This document shows positions 8,807 through 17,019 of a DNA stretch of 64,000 bases, piece by piece. A program made the position numbers and the translations under genes. The notes under the pieces are model-generated. The model had not been told where the DNA came from. It made no database searches and was given only the letters and a program-made list of their open reading frames with translations. Position 1 is the stretch's first letter. Every line of letters begins with the position of its first letter. Origin of the DNA: Lachnospiraceae bacterium (lineage in GTDB: Bacteria > Bacillota > Clostridia > Lachnospirales > Anaerotignaceae); the NCBI GenBank assembly GCA_040772665.1, contig JAXGXT010000003.1:204085-268084 (forward strand), read 5' to 3'.

Positions 8807-9318
8807 TTAAGAAAGGCTATATTTTGTTAACAAATCTTTAAAAATGCGGATATGGTTTTCTTCATCAAGAATAATACGTTCCAATATGGAAATTATATTT
8901 TCATCCACTATAAGCGAAATATGGTTTTATATAAGCTGATTGAAATTTCTTCTAACATAATATTTCGTTCCAGAAAGTCAGGAATGCATTTTTCATTAAA
9001 AATATTATATCCGCACCAATATTCAGTTCGCATTCCCGTAACAGTTCTAAGATTAGGGTCTCCGCCAAGCAGCACAATAAGGTTGCCAAGAATGTTAAAA
9101 TGTTTCATTTCTTCTTGAGAAATACACATTAGCTGTTCGGACAAATCTTCATAGACTTTATTAACAAGAAAATGCTGATAAAGATATTGTGTCATTTCTG
9201 TTAACTCGCTGTTGCTGCCTGCATAGTTTACTTGTAAAAGGTGGGCATAGTAGATGTTTCTTCCTTGCACTTCTATTGGAGGATAGGGGATTTCTAAAGA
9301 GCAATTATCTGAATTCAT
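8807..9318 (-). pseudogene. Ferritin-like / Mn-catalase-like (rubrerythrin-fold) protein gene interrupted by a 1-nt frameshift
   Basis: The ORF 9318->8908 ends in ...SISLYKTIFRL*. The family's conserved C-terminus (VDENIISILERIILDEENHIRIFKDLLTKYSLS*) continues in another frame down to 8807. One extra A in the A4 run (plus-strand tttt 8925-8928) would restore a 170-aa protein. Confidence 0.75.
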
Positions 9319-9398
9319 TGTTTTTCTCCTTTGGGGTTTATAATACTATATTCTAAAAAGGGAGCATTGAGAATGGAATATTAATTTAATGGATTCAT

Positions 9399-9426
9399 TT
9401 TACATTTTATGAATATGTGATAGAAT
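9399..9426 (+). promoter_or_regulatory. Promoter candidate for the trxB-like gene (TTTACA-16-TGaTAGAAT, extended -10)
   Basis: Hexamers at 9399-9404 and 9421-9426, with TG at -15/-14. Confidence 0.5.
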
Positions 9427-9469
9427 TAGTTTAGCACACTTAAATTTTTTAATGGGAAGGAAGAGTGTT

Positions 9470-10330
9470 ATGTCGAAAATATTTGTTATTGGAAATGGGC
9501 CGGCAGGAATTTCTGCTGCACTTTATGCTGTTAGAAGCGGAATGGACGTTACTGTTTTTGGCAAAGGCGAAAGTGCCCTTAAAAAGGCTCACCAGATTGA
9601 TAATTATTATGGAATAAAAAATGTAAAGGGTGACGAGCTTTTTGAAAACGGAATTGAGCAGGCTGTTGAGCTTGGTGTGAAGTTTATTGAAGAAGAGGTT
9701 GTCGGGCTTGGATATGGAGAAAGCCTTTTGGTTTCTACTGCAAAGGAAGACTATAGCGCCGATGCAGTTATTATTGCTACGGGAACGTCAAGGAATGTGC
9801 CTAAAATTGATGGAATTAAAGAACTTGAGGGCAAGGGGATAAGTTATTGTGCAACATGTGACGGATTTTTCTTTAGAGGGAAAGAGCTGGGGGTTTTAGG
9901 AAGCGGAGAATATGCTGTTCACGAAGCAACAGAACTTTTGCCTATTGCAAAAAGCGTTACAATATTTACCGACGGAAAAGAATTAGAGGTTGAGCCTCCC
10001 AAGGGAATCGGCATTAACAAATCTAAAATAACTAAAATTGACGGTGACATGAAAGTTGAAAGAATTGAAACCATTGACGGCATAATTTCCGCAGACGGGC
10101 TTTTTATTGCACAGGGGGTTGCGGGAAGTGCGGATTTGGCAAAGAAAGTGGGAGCTGAAACAGACAATAACAAAATTATTGTAGGAGAAGATATGGCTAC
10201 AAATGTTCCCGGGCTTTTTGCCGCAGGAGATTGTACGGGAGGAATGCTTCAGGTTTCAAAGGCTGTTTATGAGGGTGCCAAGGCGGCAACAGAGGCTGTT
10301 AAATATGTAAGGGCAAAAAATCAGCCATAA
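9470..10330 (+). CDS. trxB: Low-Mr thioredoxin-reductase-like flavoprotein (CATC redox centre) lacking the NADPH HRR motif
   Basis: GNGPAG FAD motif and YCATCDGFF active site. ATG 9470 is preferred because of the GGAAGGAAGAG RBS. Where E. coli TrxR has HRRDxxRA, this protein reads TIFTDGKE. Confidence 0.85.
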   Translation: MSKIFVIGNGPAGISAALYAVRSGMDVTVFGKGESALKKAHQIDNYYGIKNVKGDELFENGIEQAVELGVKFIEEEVVGLGYGESLLVSTAKEDYSADAVIIATGTSRNVPKIDGIKELEGKGISYCATCDGFFFRGKELGVLGSGEYAVHEATELLPIAKSVTIFTDGKELEVEPPKGIGINKSKITKIDGDMKVERIETIDGIISADGLFIAQGVAGSADLAKKVGAETDNNKIIVGEDMATNVPGLFAAGDCTGGMLQVSKAVYEGAKAATEAVKYVRAKNQP

Positions 10331-10401
10331 AAAAAGAGTTGTTAACAAATGTGAAAAGTTTGAGAAAGCTTTTCCTCATTATTATGTGCTTTAATTTACA
10401 A

Positions 10402-10432
10402 GGCGGCAAATCTTAAAGAGATGCCGCTTTTT
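10402..10432 (+). terminator. Rho-independent terminator after the trxB-like gene
   Basis: gcggca / tgccgc stem followed by TTTTT. Confidence 0.7.
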
Positions 10433-10458
10433 AATTTATTTAAAGAAAATGATTAGTA

Positions 10459-10487
10459 TTGACTTTAATATTATTAAGGTTTATAAT
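10459..10487 (+). promoter_or_regulatory. Near-consensus promoter (TTGACT-17-TATAAT) for the DUF2089-like / membrane-protein pair
   Basis: Hexamers at 10459-10464 and 10482-10487. Confidence 0.65.
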
Positions 10488-10520
10488 TAACTTTATTAAA
10501 GAAAAGGCGGAGATAAAGCT

Positions 10521-10823
10521 ATGGAGGTTATACCATCTTGGATGAGCGGTCTTGACGAGGAAGATTTAATTTTTATTAAAAACTTTATTTTGGCGTCAGG
10601 TTCTTTAAAAGAGATTGCCGTTCAGTATAAAGTTACATATCCAACTGTAAGGCTTAGGCTTGATAGAATAATACAAAAAATTCAAATTGGGGAAGGGTTT
10701 TCCAATGAACCTTATATTGCGCTTATTAAAAAAATGGCTGTGAATGAAAAAATTGATTTTGACACTGCCAAAATTTTGATTTCCGAATATAAAAAGGTAA
10801 AAAATTTAAGGAGTGAGCAATAA
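10521..10823 (+). CDS. DUF2089-like HTH protein (no N-terminal zinc ribbon)
   Basis: 100 aa. LDEEDLIFIKNFILASGSLKEIAVQYKVTYPTVRLRLDRI resembles the DUF2089 HTH core. Confidence 0.6.
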   Translation: MEVIPSWMSGLDEEDLIFIKNFILASGSLKEIAVQYKVTYPTVRLRLDRIIQKIQIGEGFSNEPYIALIKKMAVNEKIDFDTAKILISEYKKVKNLRSEQ

Positions 10824-11164
10824 TGGCTTTTGCATCTGTTAGTATACTTTTAATTATTTCAGTTTTCTTAATGGTTATCCCGGCAGGGGTTTTGCTTCAG
10901 ATACTTTTATCAACAAGAAAAAGCAAATGGTTTGGCATTATTCTTCCTGTGCTTTCTTTTTTAATGTCAATTGTTTATGTTTTAAACATTTCGGGAACCA
11001 GCGTAAATGGAAGGGCTTTTTGGAGCGGCGGTTTTGGTGTTATTGTTGTGTTTATTATGGGTAATGTTCCCACAATTGTTTTATCAATTATTTACATGGC
11101 TTGCAGGGAAAAGGTTAAAAAGAACAAAGAAATTAACAAAATGAATATACATGATTTAGAATAG
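10823..11164 (+). CDS. Small integral membrane protein (3 predicted TM helices), translationally coupled to the preceding gene
   Basis: TAATG overlap. Hydrophobic 113-aa ORF. Confidence 0.6.
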   Translation: MAFASVSILLIISVFLMVIPAGVLLQILLSTRKSKWFGIILPVLSFLMSIVYVLNISGTSVNGRAFWSGGFGVIVVFIMGNVPTIVLSIIYMACREKVKKNKEINKMNIHDLE

Positions 11165-11208
11165 TTGAAATAATTTAAAAACTTAGAGGGGTATTTTAAA
11201 AATAAAAA

Positions 11209-11235
11209 GTGAGTATACGTGTTACGCATACTCAC
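11209..11235. terminator. Bidirectional terminator hairpin between the membrane-protein gene and trxA
   Basis: gtgagtat / atactcac stem flanked by an A-run upstream and a T-run downstream. Confidence 0.65.
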
Positions 11236-11241
11236 CAAGTT

Positions 11242-11553
11242 TTATTTTTCAAGCATTTTTATAATTTGGTCTTTTGGTCTTACTCCAACTACGCTTTCAA
11301 CCACCTTGCCGTTTTTCATCACTACAAGTGTGGGAATGCTCATTACACCAAATTGGCCTGCAAGTTCAGGCTGCTCGTCAACGTTGATTTTTCCTACCTT
11401 AACTCCCTTAACTTCAACAGCAACTTGGTCAATAACAGGAGAAACCATACGACATGGGCCGCACCATGGTGCCCAAAAGTCTAAAAGAACAGGCTGTTCG
11501 CTTTCCATTACTTCTTTTTGAAAGTTTTCTTTATTAATATTTAATGCTGACAT
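11242..11553 (-). CDS. trxA: Thioredoxin
   Basis: WAPWCGPC active site. The second ATG is preferred because an AGAGAGGA RBS lies 8 nt upstream. Confidence 0.95.
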   Translation of the reverse strand: MSALNINKENFQKEVMESEQPVLLDFWAPWCGPCRMVSPVIDQVAVEVKGVKVGKINVDEQPELAGQFGVMSIPTLVVMKNGKVVESVVGVRPKDQIIKMLEK

Positions 11554-11728
11554 AAAAATCATCCTCTCTTAACATATTGCTTTAATTAGTCATAGCATAT
11601 AAAATTATAGTGTTTATTATATTTATAGTATATACATATAAGGTGGGTTTGTATGTAACAAACTCACATAGTTTTGCGTAAGGTTGTTAATTAATTTATA
11701 AAAATTATTTTAGAAAGGGTTATTTTAG

Positions 11729-12547
11729 ATGAAAGTTATAGATTGTCATATGCATTTTCGCCCCCAACGAGAGAGTTTTAGCGATACTGCAAAATTAAGC
11801 GGTCATGAAAACACAGAAGAACATTTAAGGGAATTTTTTATGAAAAATGAAATCTGCCATGGTGTTGTTATGGGAAATCTTGGTCTTGAACCTGAAAATC
11901 ATAACTATCCTGATTTTTTAAGTTATTGCATTGGTCTTGACAGCAACGTGTTTAATACAAAATCAATGGAGGAATTTGCTTATCTTGCAGAGGAAAACCT
12001 TAAAAGAGATAACTGTGTTGGTATTAAACTTTACCCCGGATATTGTCACAGTTACATTTATGATGATATGTATGAGCCTTTTTATGAGCTTGCAAAAAAA
12101 TATGAAAAACCTGTGGCAATACACACAGGTGCCCTTGCTTCTTCAAAAAACGGCGGACTTTTAAAATACAGCCATCCCCTTACTCTTGACGAGGCGGCTG
12201 TTAAGCATCCTGATGTTACATTTGTAATGTGTCATTTTGGGAACCCTTGGCTTTGTGATGCAGCGGCTGTTGCAGAAAAAAATAAAAATATTATTGTTGA
12301 TATTTCCGGAATTCTTGAAGGGCAGTTTGATGTGAAAAGCTTTCTTGAAGAAAGCAGAGATTACACAAATATGCTGAAAATGTGGCTTAGTTACATAGGA
12401 GATTACAGCAGAATAATGTATGGCACAGACTGGCCTATTGTAAACATGAAAAGTTATCTTGAATTTATAAAAAGCATAATACCCGAAGAGCATCATGAAA
12501 AGGTTTTTTATGAAAATGCAAAAAGGGTATACAAACTAAAAGTGTAA
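11729..12547 (+). CDS. Amidohydrolase-family (TIM-barrel metal-dependent hydrolase) protein
   Basis: 272 aa with an N-terminal IDCHMHF metal motif and later HTG and CHFG motifs. Confidence 0.75.
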   Translation: MKVIDCHMHFRPQRESFSDTAKLSGHENTEEHLREFFMKNEICHGVVMGNLGLEPENHNYPDFLSYCIGLDSNVFNTKSMEEFAYLAEENLKRDNCVGIKLYPGYCHSYIYDDMYEPFYELAKKYEKPVAIHTGALASSKNGGLLKYSHPLTLDEAAVKHPDVTFVMCHFGNPWLCDAAAVAEKNKNIIVDISGILEGQFDVKSFLEESRDYTNMLKMWLSYIGDYSRIMYGTDWPIVNMKSYLEFIKSIIPEEHHEKVFYENAKRVYKLKV

Positions 12548-12559
12548 AAGATATATATT

Positions 12560-12926
12560 TTTGTCTGGTTTTTGTTAAAGCCGCATAATTATGCGGCTGA
12601 GACCGAAGACAAACCTTGGGCGTTGACCAACCCCACTTGCTTTTTGAAAAAAGCAAGACCAAAAACTTTTATCAAAACCGCATATTCATGCGGTTTTAGA
12701 TGGGTCAAGTAGGAAGGTTGAAGATAAACGCCGACGCTGGGCATCGGAAAGAAGTCCGACGGCAAAGCCGCTTTTTCTTAAGAAAAAGTGCTGAACGAAG
12801 TAGCGGTTTGCGAAGCAAATTCCTGACAATAAAACCCTTGTGGGTGTTTGAGGGCAAAGCCCTCAAGGTTTTGACTTTGTCTACGTTCTGAGCCGCATAA
12901 TTAATTATGCGGTTTTAACAAAAACT
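12560..12926 (+). repeat. Composite hairpin-rich intergenic repeat element (MITE/BOX-like) bounded by about 47-51 nt imperfect inverted repeats
   Basis: The left arm 12567-12613 matches the reverse complement of the right arm 12876-12926. The interior contains modules shared with loci at 17.0, 39.4 and 42.8 kb. No credible ORF. Confidence 0.75.
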
Positions 12927-12947
12927 TGGGTGCTGTGTTGCGAATTA

Positions 12948-14000
12948 TCAGCTGTTAAGCTCTTCAAAAAGCTCTTTAACTGTTGTTATTTTATCTATTC
13001 GCCATGCTGTTTCACCGCAAAAAAGCAGTGAGTCTTCAATACTGCCTTGTGCGGCACGTATAAGTGCAGTGGAAATGCAATAAGGTGTTGTTTTAGGGTC
13101 GCAGTGAACAAGGCAGTTAAAGCACTTTGTCACCTTTTCGTTTTCAAGCTCTCTTTCTTTAACAAAGGCATTTCTTATGGCACGTCCGGGAAGACCCACA
13201 GGGCTTTGCACAATGACAATGTCTTCTTTTTTTGCATTTATATAAGCTTGTTTATATTCCATAGGTGCATCGCACTCTTGTGTTGCGACAAATCTTGTTC
13301 CCATTTGCACACCGTCACAGCCAAGGTTTATATAATGGTCTATATCGGCTCTGTCAAAAACACCGCCTGCAAAAAAAACAGGTATTTTACCATACTTTTC
13401 TTCAAAGGTTTTAACATATTCAATGATTTTTACAACCTCTTTGTCATATTCGTCACGGCTTAAGTTTTCTGCCTCTGAAGGTGTAAAACCTAAATGTCCG
13501 CCTGCTTTTGGCCCTTCAATTACAACAAAGTCCGCAACTTTATTTAATCGTTTATCCCATCTTCTAAAAAGCACTTGAAGTGCCTTTAAAGATGAAACAA
13601 TAGGTGCAAACTTTACTTCCGTGTCTTTTAAAAGCTCGGGAAGCTCTGCAGGAAGGCCTGCGCCTGAAATAATTACATCTGCTCCGTTTTCCACACAACA
13701 TTTCACATAGTCTTCATAATGTGTTGTTGCTTTCATTATGTTTACTCCTATAATGCCGCCTTTTGAATATTCTTTTGCTTTTTTAATGTTTTCTCCCAAG
13801 GCTTTAAGGTTGGCTTTAAGTGCATTTTTAAAGAAGTTTTCGTCTTCAAAACCAGGCTGTGCCGCAGAAATTACACCTATGCCCCCTTCTTTTGCAACTG
13901 CGCCTGCAAGCCTCCACAAGCTTATTCCCACACCCATGCCGCCTTGAATTATAGGCACGGCGACTTCAAGATTTCCTATTTTTATTCCCTTTAATTTCAT
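12948..14000 (-). CDS. Nitronate-monooxygenase / FabK-like FMN oxidoreductase (350 aa paralog)
   Basis: PIIQGGMGVGIS... and GPKAGGHLG motifs of the NPD/FabK TIM-barrel family. A FabT-type palindrome lies in its leader. Confidence 0.8.
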   Translation of the reverse strand: MKLKGIKIGNLEVAVPIIQGGMGVGISLWRLAGAVAKEGGIGVISAAQPGFEDENFFKNALKANLKALGENIKKAKEYSKGGIIGVNIMKATTHYEDYVKCCVENGADVIISGAGLPAELPELLKDTEVKFAPIVSSLKALQVLFRRWDKRLNKVADFVVIEGPKAGGHLGFTPSEAENLSRDEYDKEVVKIIEYVKTFEEKYGKIPVFFAGGVFDRADIDHYINLGCDGVQMGTRFVATQECDAPMEYKQAYINAKKEDIVIVQSPVGLPGRAIRNAFVKERELENEKVTKCFNCLVHCDPKTTPYCISTALIRAAQGSIEDSLLFCGETAWRIDKITTVKELFEELNS

Positions 14001-14018
14001 ATGTCATTTCTCCCATAT

Positions 14019-14031
14019 TTTGATTATCAAA
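14019..14031. promoter_or_regulatory. FabT-type operator palindrome TTTGATTATCAAA, 18 nt upstream of the FabK-like gene's start codon
   Basis: Exact palindrome with the same core (TTTGA-N3-TCAAA) as the site in the fabT promoter. Confidence 0.6.
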
Positions 14032-14251
14032 CTATTATAATTTAAGCGCTGATTAAATAAGATAATTTAGTTTTTTAAAACAACGGTTTTTATTTGACCG
14101 AAATTTTATAAAACAATTGAAAACGAAATCAGCTTTTCCATAGGGTAAATATATTATATTCTTTAAAAGCTGTCAATAAAAATAGTATCAAATGTTATTA
14201 TTGATAGTTTTAGATACTATGTTGTGTGACAAAAACATGCAAAAATAGTTA

Positions 14252-14292
14252 TTGACGTATATAATTAAATGAATTATACTTTGACTATCAAA
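14252..14292 (+). promoter_or_regulatory. fabT promoter (TTGACG-17-TATACT) with an overlapping FabT-type palindrome TTTGACTATCAAA (14280-14292)
   Basis: Hexamers at 14252-14257 and 14275-14280. The palindrome overlaps the -10 and +1 region. Confidence 0.65.
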
Positions 14293-14326
14293 ATGTTTGA
14301 TTTGCAAAAGATACAGGAGGGTTGGA

Positions 14327-14779
14327 ATGACGCAGACCATAAATGTCATTAATGACTTGTTAGTTCAAATTTATAATGACATTTTGTTAATTGAAGAAAG
14401 TGCCTTCAAGAAAAGTCGGTTCGAAGACATATCCGTTACAGAAGTTCACACAATTGAGGCAATAGGAATGTATGAGCCGAAAAGAATGAGTGAGATTGCC
14501 AAAAAGCTTAAAATAACTGTGGGAACACTTACTGTGGCAATAAACAATCTTGTTAAAAAGGGATATGTTGAAAGATACAGAAGCGATAACGACAGAAGAG
14601 TTGTGAAAATTGGTCTGACAAAAAAAGGCAGGCTGCTTTTCAGAGTTCACAGCCAGTTTCATAACGTAATGGTTTCTTCTTGTGTGGAAGACCTTACTCA
14701 GGAGGAAATGAATGTGCTTACAAAAGCTTTGGGCAAGCTTAACATATTTTTAAAAGAAAAGTATAATCTTATTGATTAA
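14327..14779 (+). CDS. fabT: MarR-family regulator of fatty-acid synthesis (FabT-like)
   Basis: MarR wHTH (ISVTEVHTIEAIG...MSEIAKKLKITVGTLTVAINNLVKKGYV). It is the first gene of the fab cluster. ACAGGAGGG RBS. Confidence 0.85.
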   Translation: MTQTINVINDLLVQIYNDILLIEESAFKKSRFEDISVTEVHTIEAIGMYEPKRMSEIAKKLKITVGTLTVAINNLVKKGYVERYRSDNDRRVVKIGLTKKGRLLFRVHSQFHNVMVSSCVEDLTQEEMNVLTKALGKLNIFLKEKYNLID

Positions 14780-14793
14780 GTAGGGGAGAGTAT

Positions 14794-15768
14794 ATGAACT
14801 TTTCAAGAATTGTTTCTACGGGGTCATATTTGCCCCCGCAAATCATAAGCAATGACCGTTTGGCTGAAATTGTTGAAACAAACGACGAATGGATTGTTTC
14901 AAGAACGGGAATAGGCAACAGACGTTTTTCACAAGGCGAAAATACATCGGATGTTGCATCAAAAGCGGCAAAGGTTATTTTAGAAAGAGCAGGAAAAAGT
15001 GCTGAAGATGTGGAGCTTTTAATTGTTGCCACAGTTTCGCCTGACTATGCAACACCATCCACCGCCTGTCTTGTTCAGGCGAAAATAGGAGCTGAAAATG
15101 CAGTTGCTTTTGATATTGGTGCGGCTTGTTCAGGGTTTATATTTGCTTTTAGCATTGCCGATAAATTTATAAAAAGCGGCGTATATAAAAATGCCCTTGT
15201 TATAGGGGTTGAGGTTTTAAGCAAGTATCTGGATTTTCAAGACAGAGGCACCTGTGTGCTTTTCGGCGACGGAGGAGCAGGTGTATTTTTAGAAAAAAGT
15301 GAAGAAAGAATAGGACTTATACGTGAAAACCTTGGAAGTGACGGAAGCAAGGGAATGGCTCTTACATCAGGGTTTGTGCCTGTTAAAAATGCTTTTTATG
15401 AGCCTGAGGACACAGGAAACAGATATATTGAAATGGACGGCAGAGTTATTTTTGATTTTGCCACAAGAAAAGCACCTAAGTCTGTGTTAAAAATTTTAGA
15501 GGAAGCCGAATTAACGGCTGATGACATTGACTGGGTTGTGGCACATCAGGCTAACAGCCGAATAATTGAAGTTGTAAGCAGAAAGCTTAAAATACCCATG
15601 GATAAGTTTTATATGAACATGCATGATTACGGCAACACCTCTGCAGGAAGCATACCTATTGCTCTTAATGAAATGATGGAAAAAGGGCTTATAAAAAAAG
15701 GACACAAAGTGATACTTTGCGGTTTTGGTGCAGGGCTTACGTGGGGGTCAATGCTGCTTGAGTTTTAA
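14794..15768 (+). CDS. fabH: 3-oxoacyl-ACP synthase III
   Basis: 324 aa with the AACSGF active-site Cys and the HQAN and GNTSAGSIP motifs. Confidence 0.95.
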   Translation: MNFSRIVSTGSYLPPQIISNDRLAEIVETNDEWIVSRTGIGNRRFSQGENTSDVASKAAKVILERAGKSAEDVELLIVATVSPDYATPSTACLVQAKIGAENAVAFDIGAACSGFIFAFSIADKFIKSGVYKNALVIGVEVLSKYLDFQDRGTCVLFGDGGAGVFLEKSEERIGLIRENLGSDGSKGMALTSGFVPVKNAFYEPEDTGNRYIEMDGRVIFDFATRKAPKSVLKILEEAELTADDIDWVVAHQANSRIIEVVSRKLKIPMDKFYMNMHDYGNTSAGSIPIALNEMMEKGLIKKGHKVILCGFGAGLTWGSMLLEF

Positions 15769-15827
15769 TTACAAATTGGTTATTCATTATTTAAAATAAA
15801 TATTTTATACTTTAGGAGGAATTTAAA

Positions 15828-16049
15828 ATGAATTTTGAAAAAATAAGAGAAATTATTGCAGAACAGACAGGTAAAGATGCAGAAGATATTACAATGGAAA
15901 CAAATGTAAAAGATGATCTTGAAGCAGATTCACTTGACCTTTTTCAGATTATTAACGATATTGAAGATGAGTTTGGAGTTAAAATTGAAAACGTGGAAGC
16001 AATCAAAACAGTTGCAGACGTAGTTAAAATTGTGGAAGACGCTCAATAA
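15828..16049 (+). CDS. acpP: Acyl carrier protein
   Basis: 73 aa with an LEADSLDLF phosphopantetheine-attachment motif. Confidence 0.93.
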   Translation: MNFEKIREIIAEQTGKDAEDITMETNVKDDLEADSLDLFQIINDIEDEFGVKIENVEAIKTVADVVKIVEDAQ

Positions 16050-16076
16050 TTCTAAAAGATTAGGTAGGTTTGGAGC

Positions 16077-17003
16077 ATGTATTTAGACATATGTAAATTG
16101 CTTGGAATTGAATACCCTATAATACAAGGTGCCATGGCGTGGATTTCAACATCAGCTCTTGCCGCCGCAGTTTCTGAAGCCGGAGGACTTGGCGTTCTTG
16201 CCACGGGACATTTGGACGGGGAAGGCTGCAGAGAAGAAATTAAGCGAATAAGAGAAATTACAAAAAAGCCTTTTGCTGTTAACATAATGCTTTTAAGCCA
16301 GTATGCTGATGAAATAGCAAAGGTTATTGTTGAAGAAAAAGTTTCCGTTGTTACAACAGGAGCAGGAAGCCCCGGCAAATATATGAAGGAATTTAAGGCG
16401 GCAGGTATTAAGGTTATACCCGTTGCCCCGTCTGTGGCTATTGCAAGGCGCATGGAAAAAGACGGTGCAGATGCAGTTATAGTTGAAGGGTGCGAAGCGG
16501 GAGGTCATATTGGAAAAACAACGACAATGGCTCTTGTTCCTCAGGTTGTGGATGCGCTTAATATTCCTGTTATTGCCGCAGGCGGAATTGCCGACGGCAG
16601 AGGCATGGCGGCTGTAACAATGCTTGGAGCATCAGGGTTTCAGGTGGGAACACGTTTCCTTGTTGCAAAAGAATGCCCTATTCATCAAAACTATAAGGAC
16701 AGAATAATTAAAGCAAAAGACATTGATACCACAACAACAGGACAATCTACAGGGCATCCTGTTCGTGTTATCAGAAACAAACTGGCAAGGGAATTTGAAG
16801 CCCTTGAAAAAAGAAATGCTTCCGCAGAAGAATATGATGTTTTAGGCAAGGGTGCTTTAAAAAAGGCGGTTATTGACGGCGATGTGGAAAACGGCTCCGT
16901 TATGAGCGGTCAAATTGCAGGTCTTGTTAATAAAGAACAGACAGCGGAAGAAATAATTAAAGAGATGTATGCGGAATTTAAAGACTTAATGGAAAACAGA
17001 TAA
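16077..17003 (+). CDS. fabK: Enoyl-ACP reductase II (FMN-dependent)
   Basis: YPIIQGAMAWIS... and EGCEAGGHIG motifs. Its position matches the streptococcal fab operon. Confidence 0.9.
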   Translation: MYLDICKLLGIEYPIIQGAMAWISTSALAAAVSEAGGLGVLATGHLDGEGCREEIKRIREITKKPFAVNIMLLSQYADEIAKVIVEEKVSVVTTGAGSPGKYMKEFKAAGIKVIPVAPSVAIARRMEKDGADAVIVEGCEAGGHIGKTTTMALVPQVVDALNIPVIAAGGIADGRGMAAVTMLGASGFQVGTRFLVAKECPIHQNYKDRIIKAKDIDTTTTGQSTGHPVRVIRNKLAREFEALEKRNASAEEYDVLGKGALKKAVIDGDVENGSVMSGQIAGLVNKEQTAEEIIKEMYAEFKDLMENR

Positions 17004-17019
17004 AACTAAAATCATTCGG

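Noticed and set aside
8852-9118. ORF 8852..9118(+), 88 aa.
   Set aside because: It overlaps the frameshifted ferritin-like gene on the opposite strand, and the minus-strand frames carry the recognisable family motifs.
11209-11521. The + strand ORFs 11209..11484 and 11219..11521.
   Set aside because: Both lie opposite trxA, whose WCGPC motif identifies the real frame on the minus strand.
12465-12662. ORFs 12465..12662(-) and 42685..42882(-) share the N-terminus MVLLFSKSKWGW(S/A)TPKVCL and could be taken for a duplicated small protein gene.
   Set aside because: The shared peptide is simply the translation of the 109-nt repeat segment. The similarity ends where the repeat ends. There is no RBS, and the diverged repeat copies carry stop codons in that frame. 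ORF 12700..12891(+) inside the same element is rejected for the same reason.
12601-12709. The near-identical 109-nt pair (12601-12709 and 42821-42929) might be a template/variable repeat pair of a diversity-generating retroelement.
   Set aside because: Both copies are non-coding. There are only 3 mismatches, and one of them is not at an adenine. No reverse transcriptase or target gene is in the window.
12579-12914. The regularly spaced ccgcata..atgcgg hairpins at about 12579, 12676 and 12892, and the similar ones at 42.8 kb, might be a degenerate CRISPR-like array.
   Set aside because: The sequence between the hairpins is itself conserved between loci, so it is not made of unique spacers. 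The repeats are imperfect and vary in length, and no cas genes are present.
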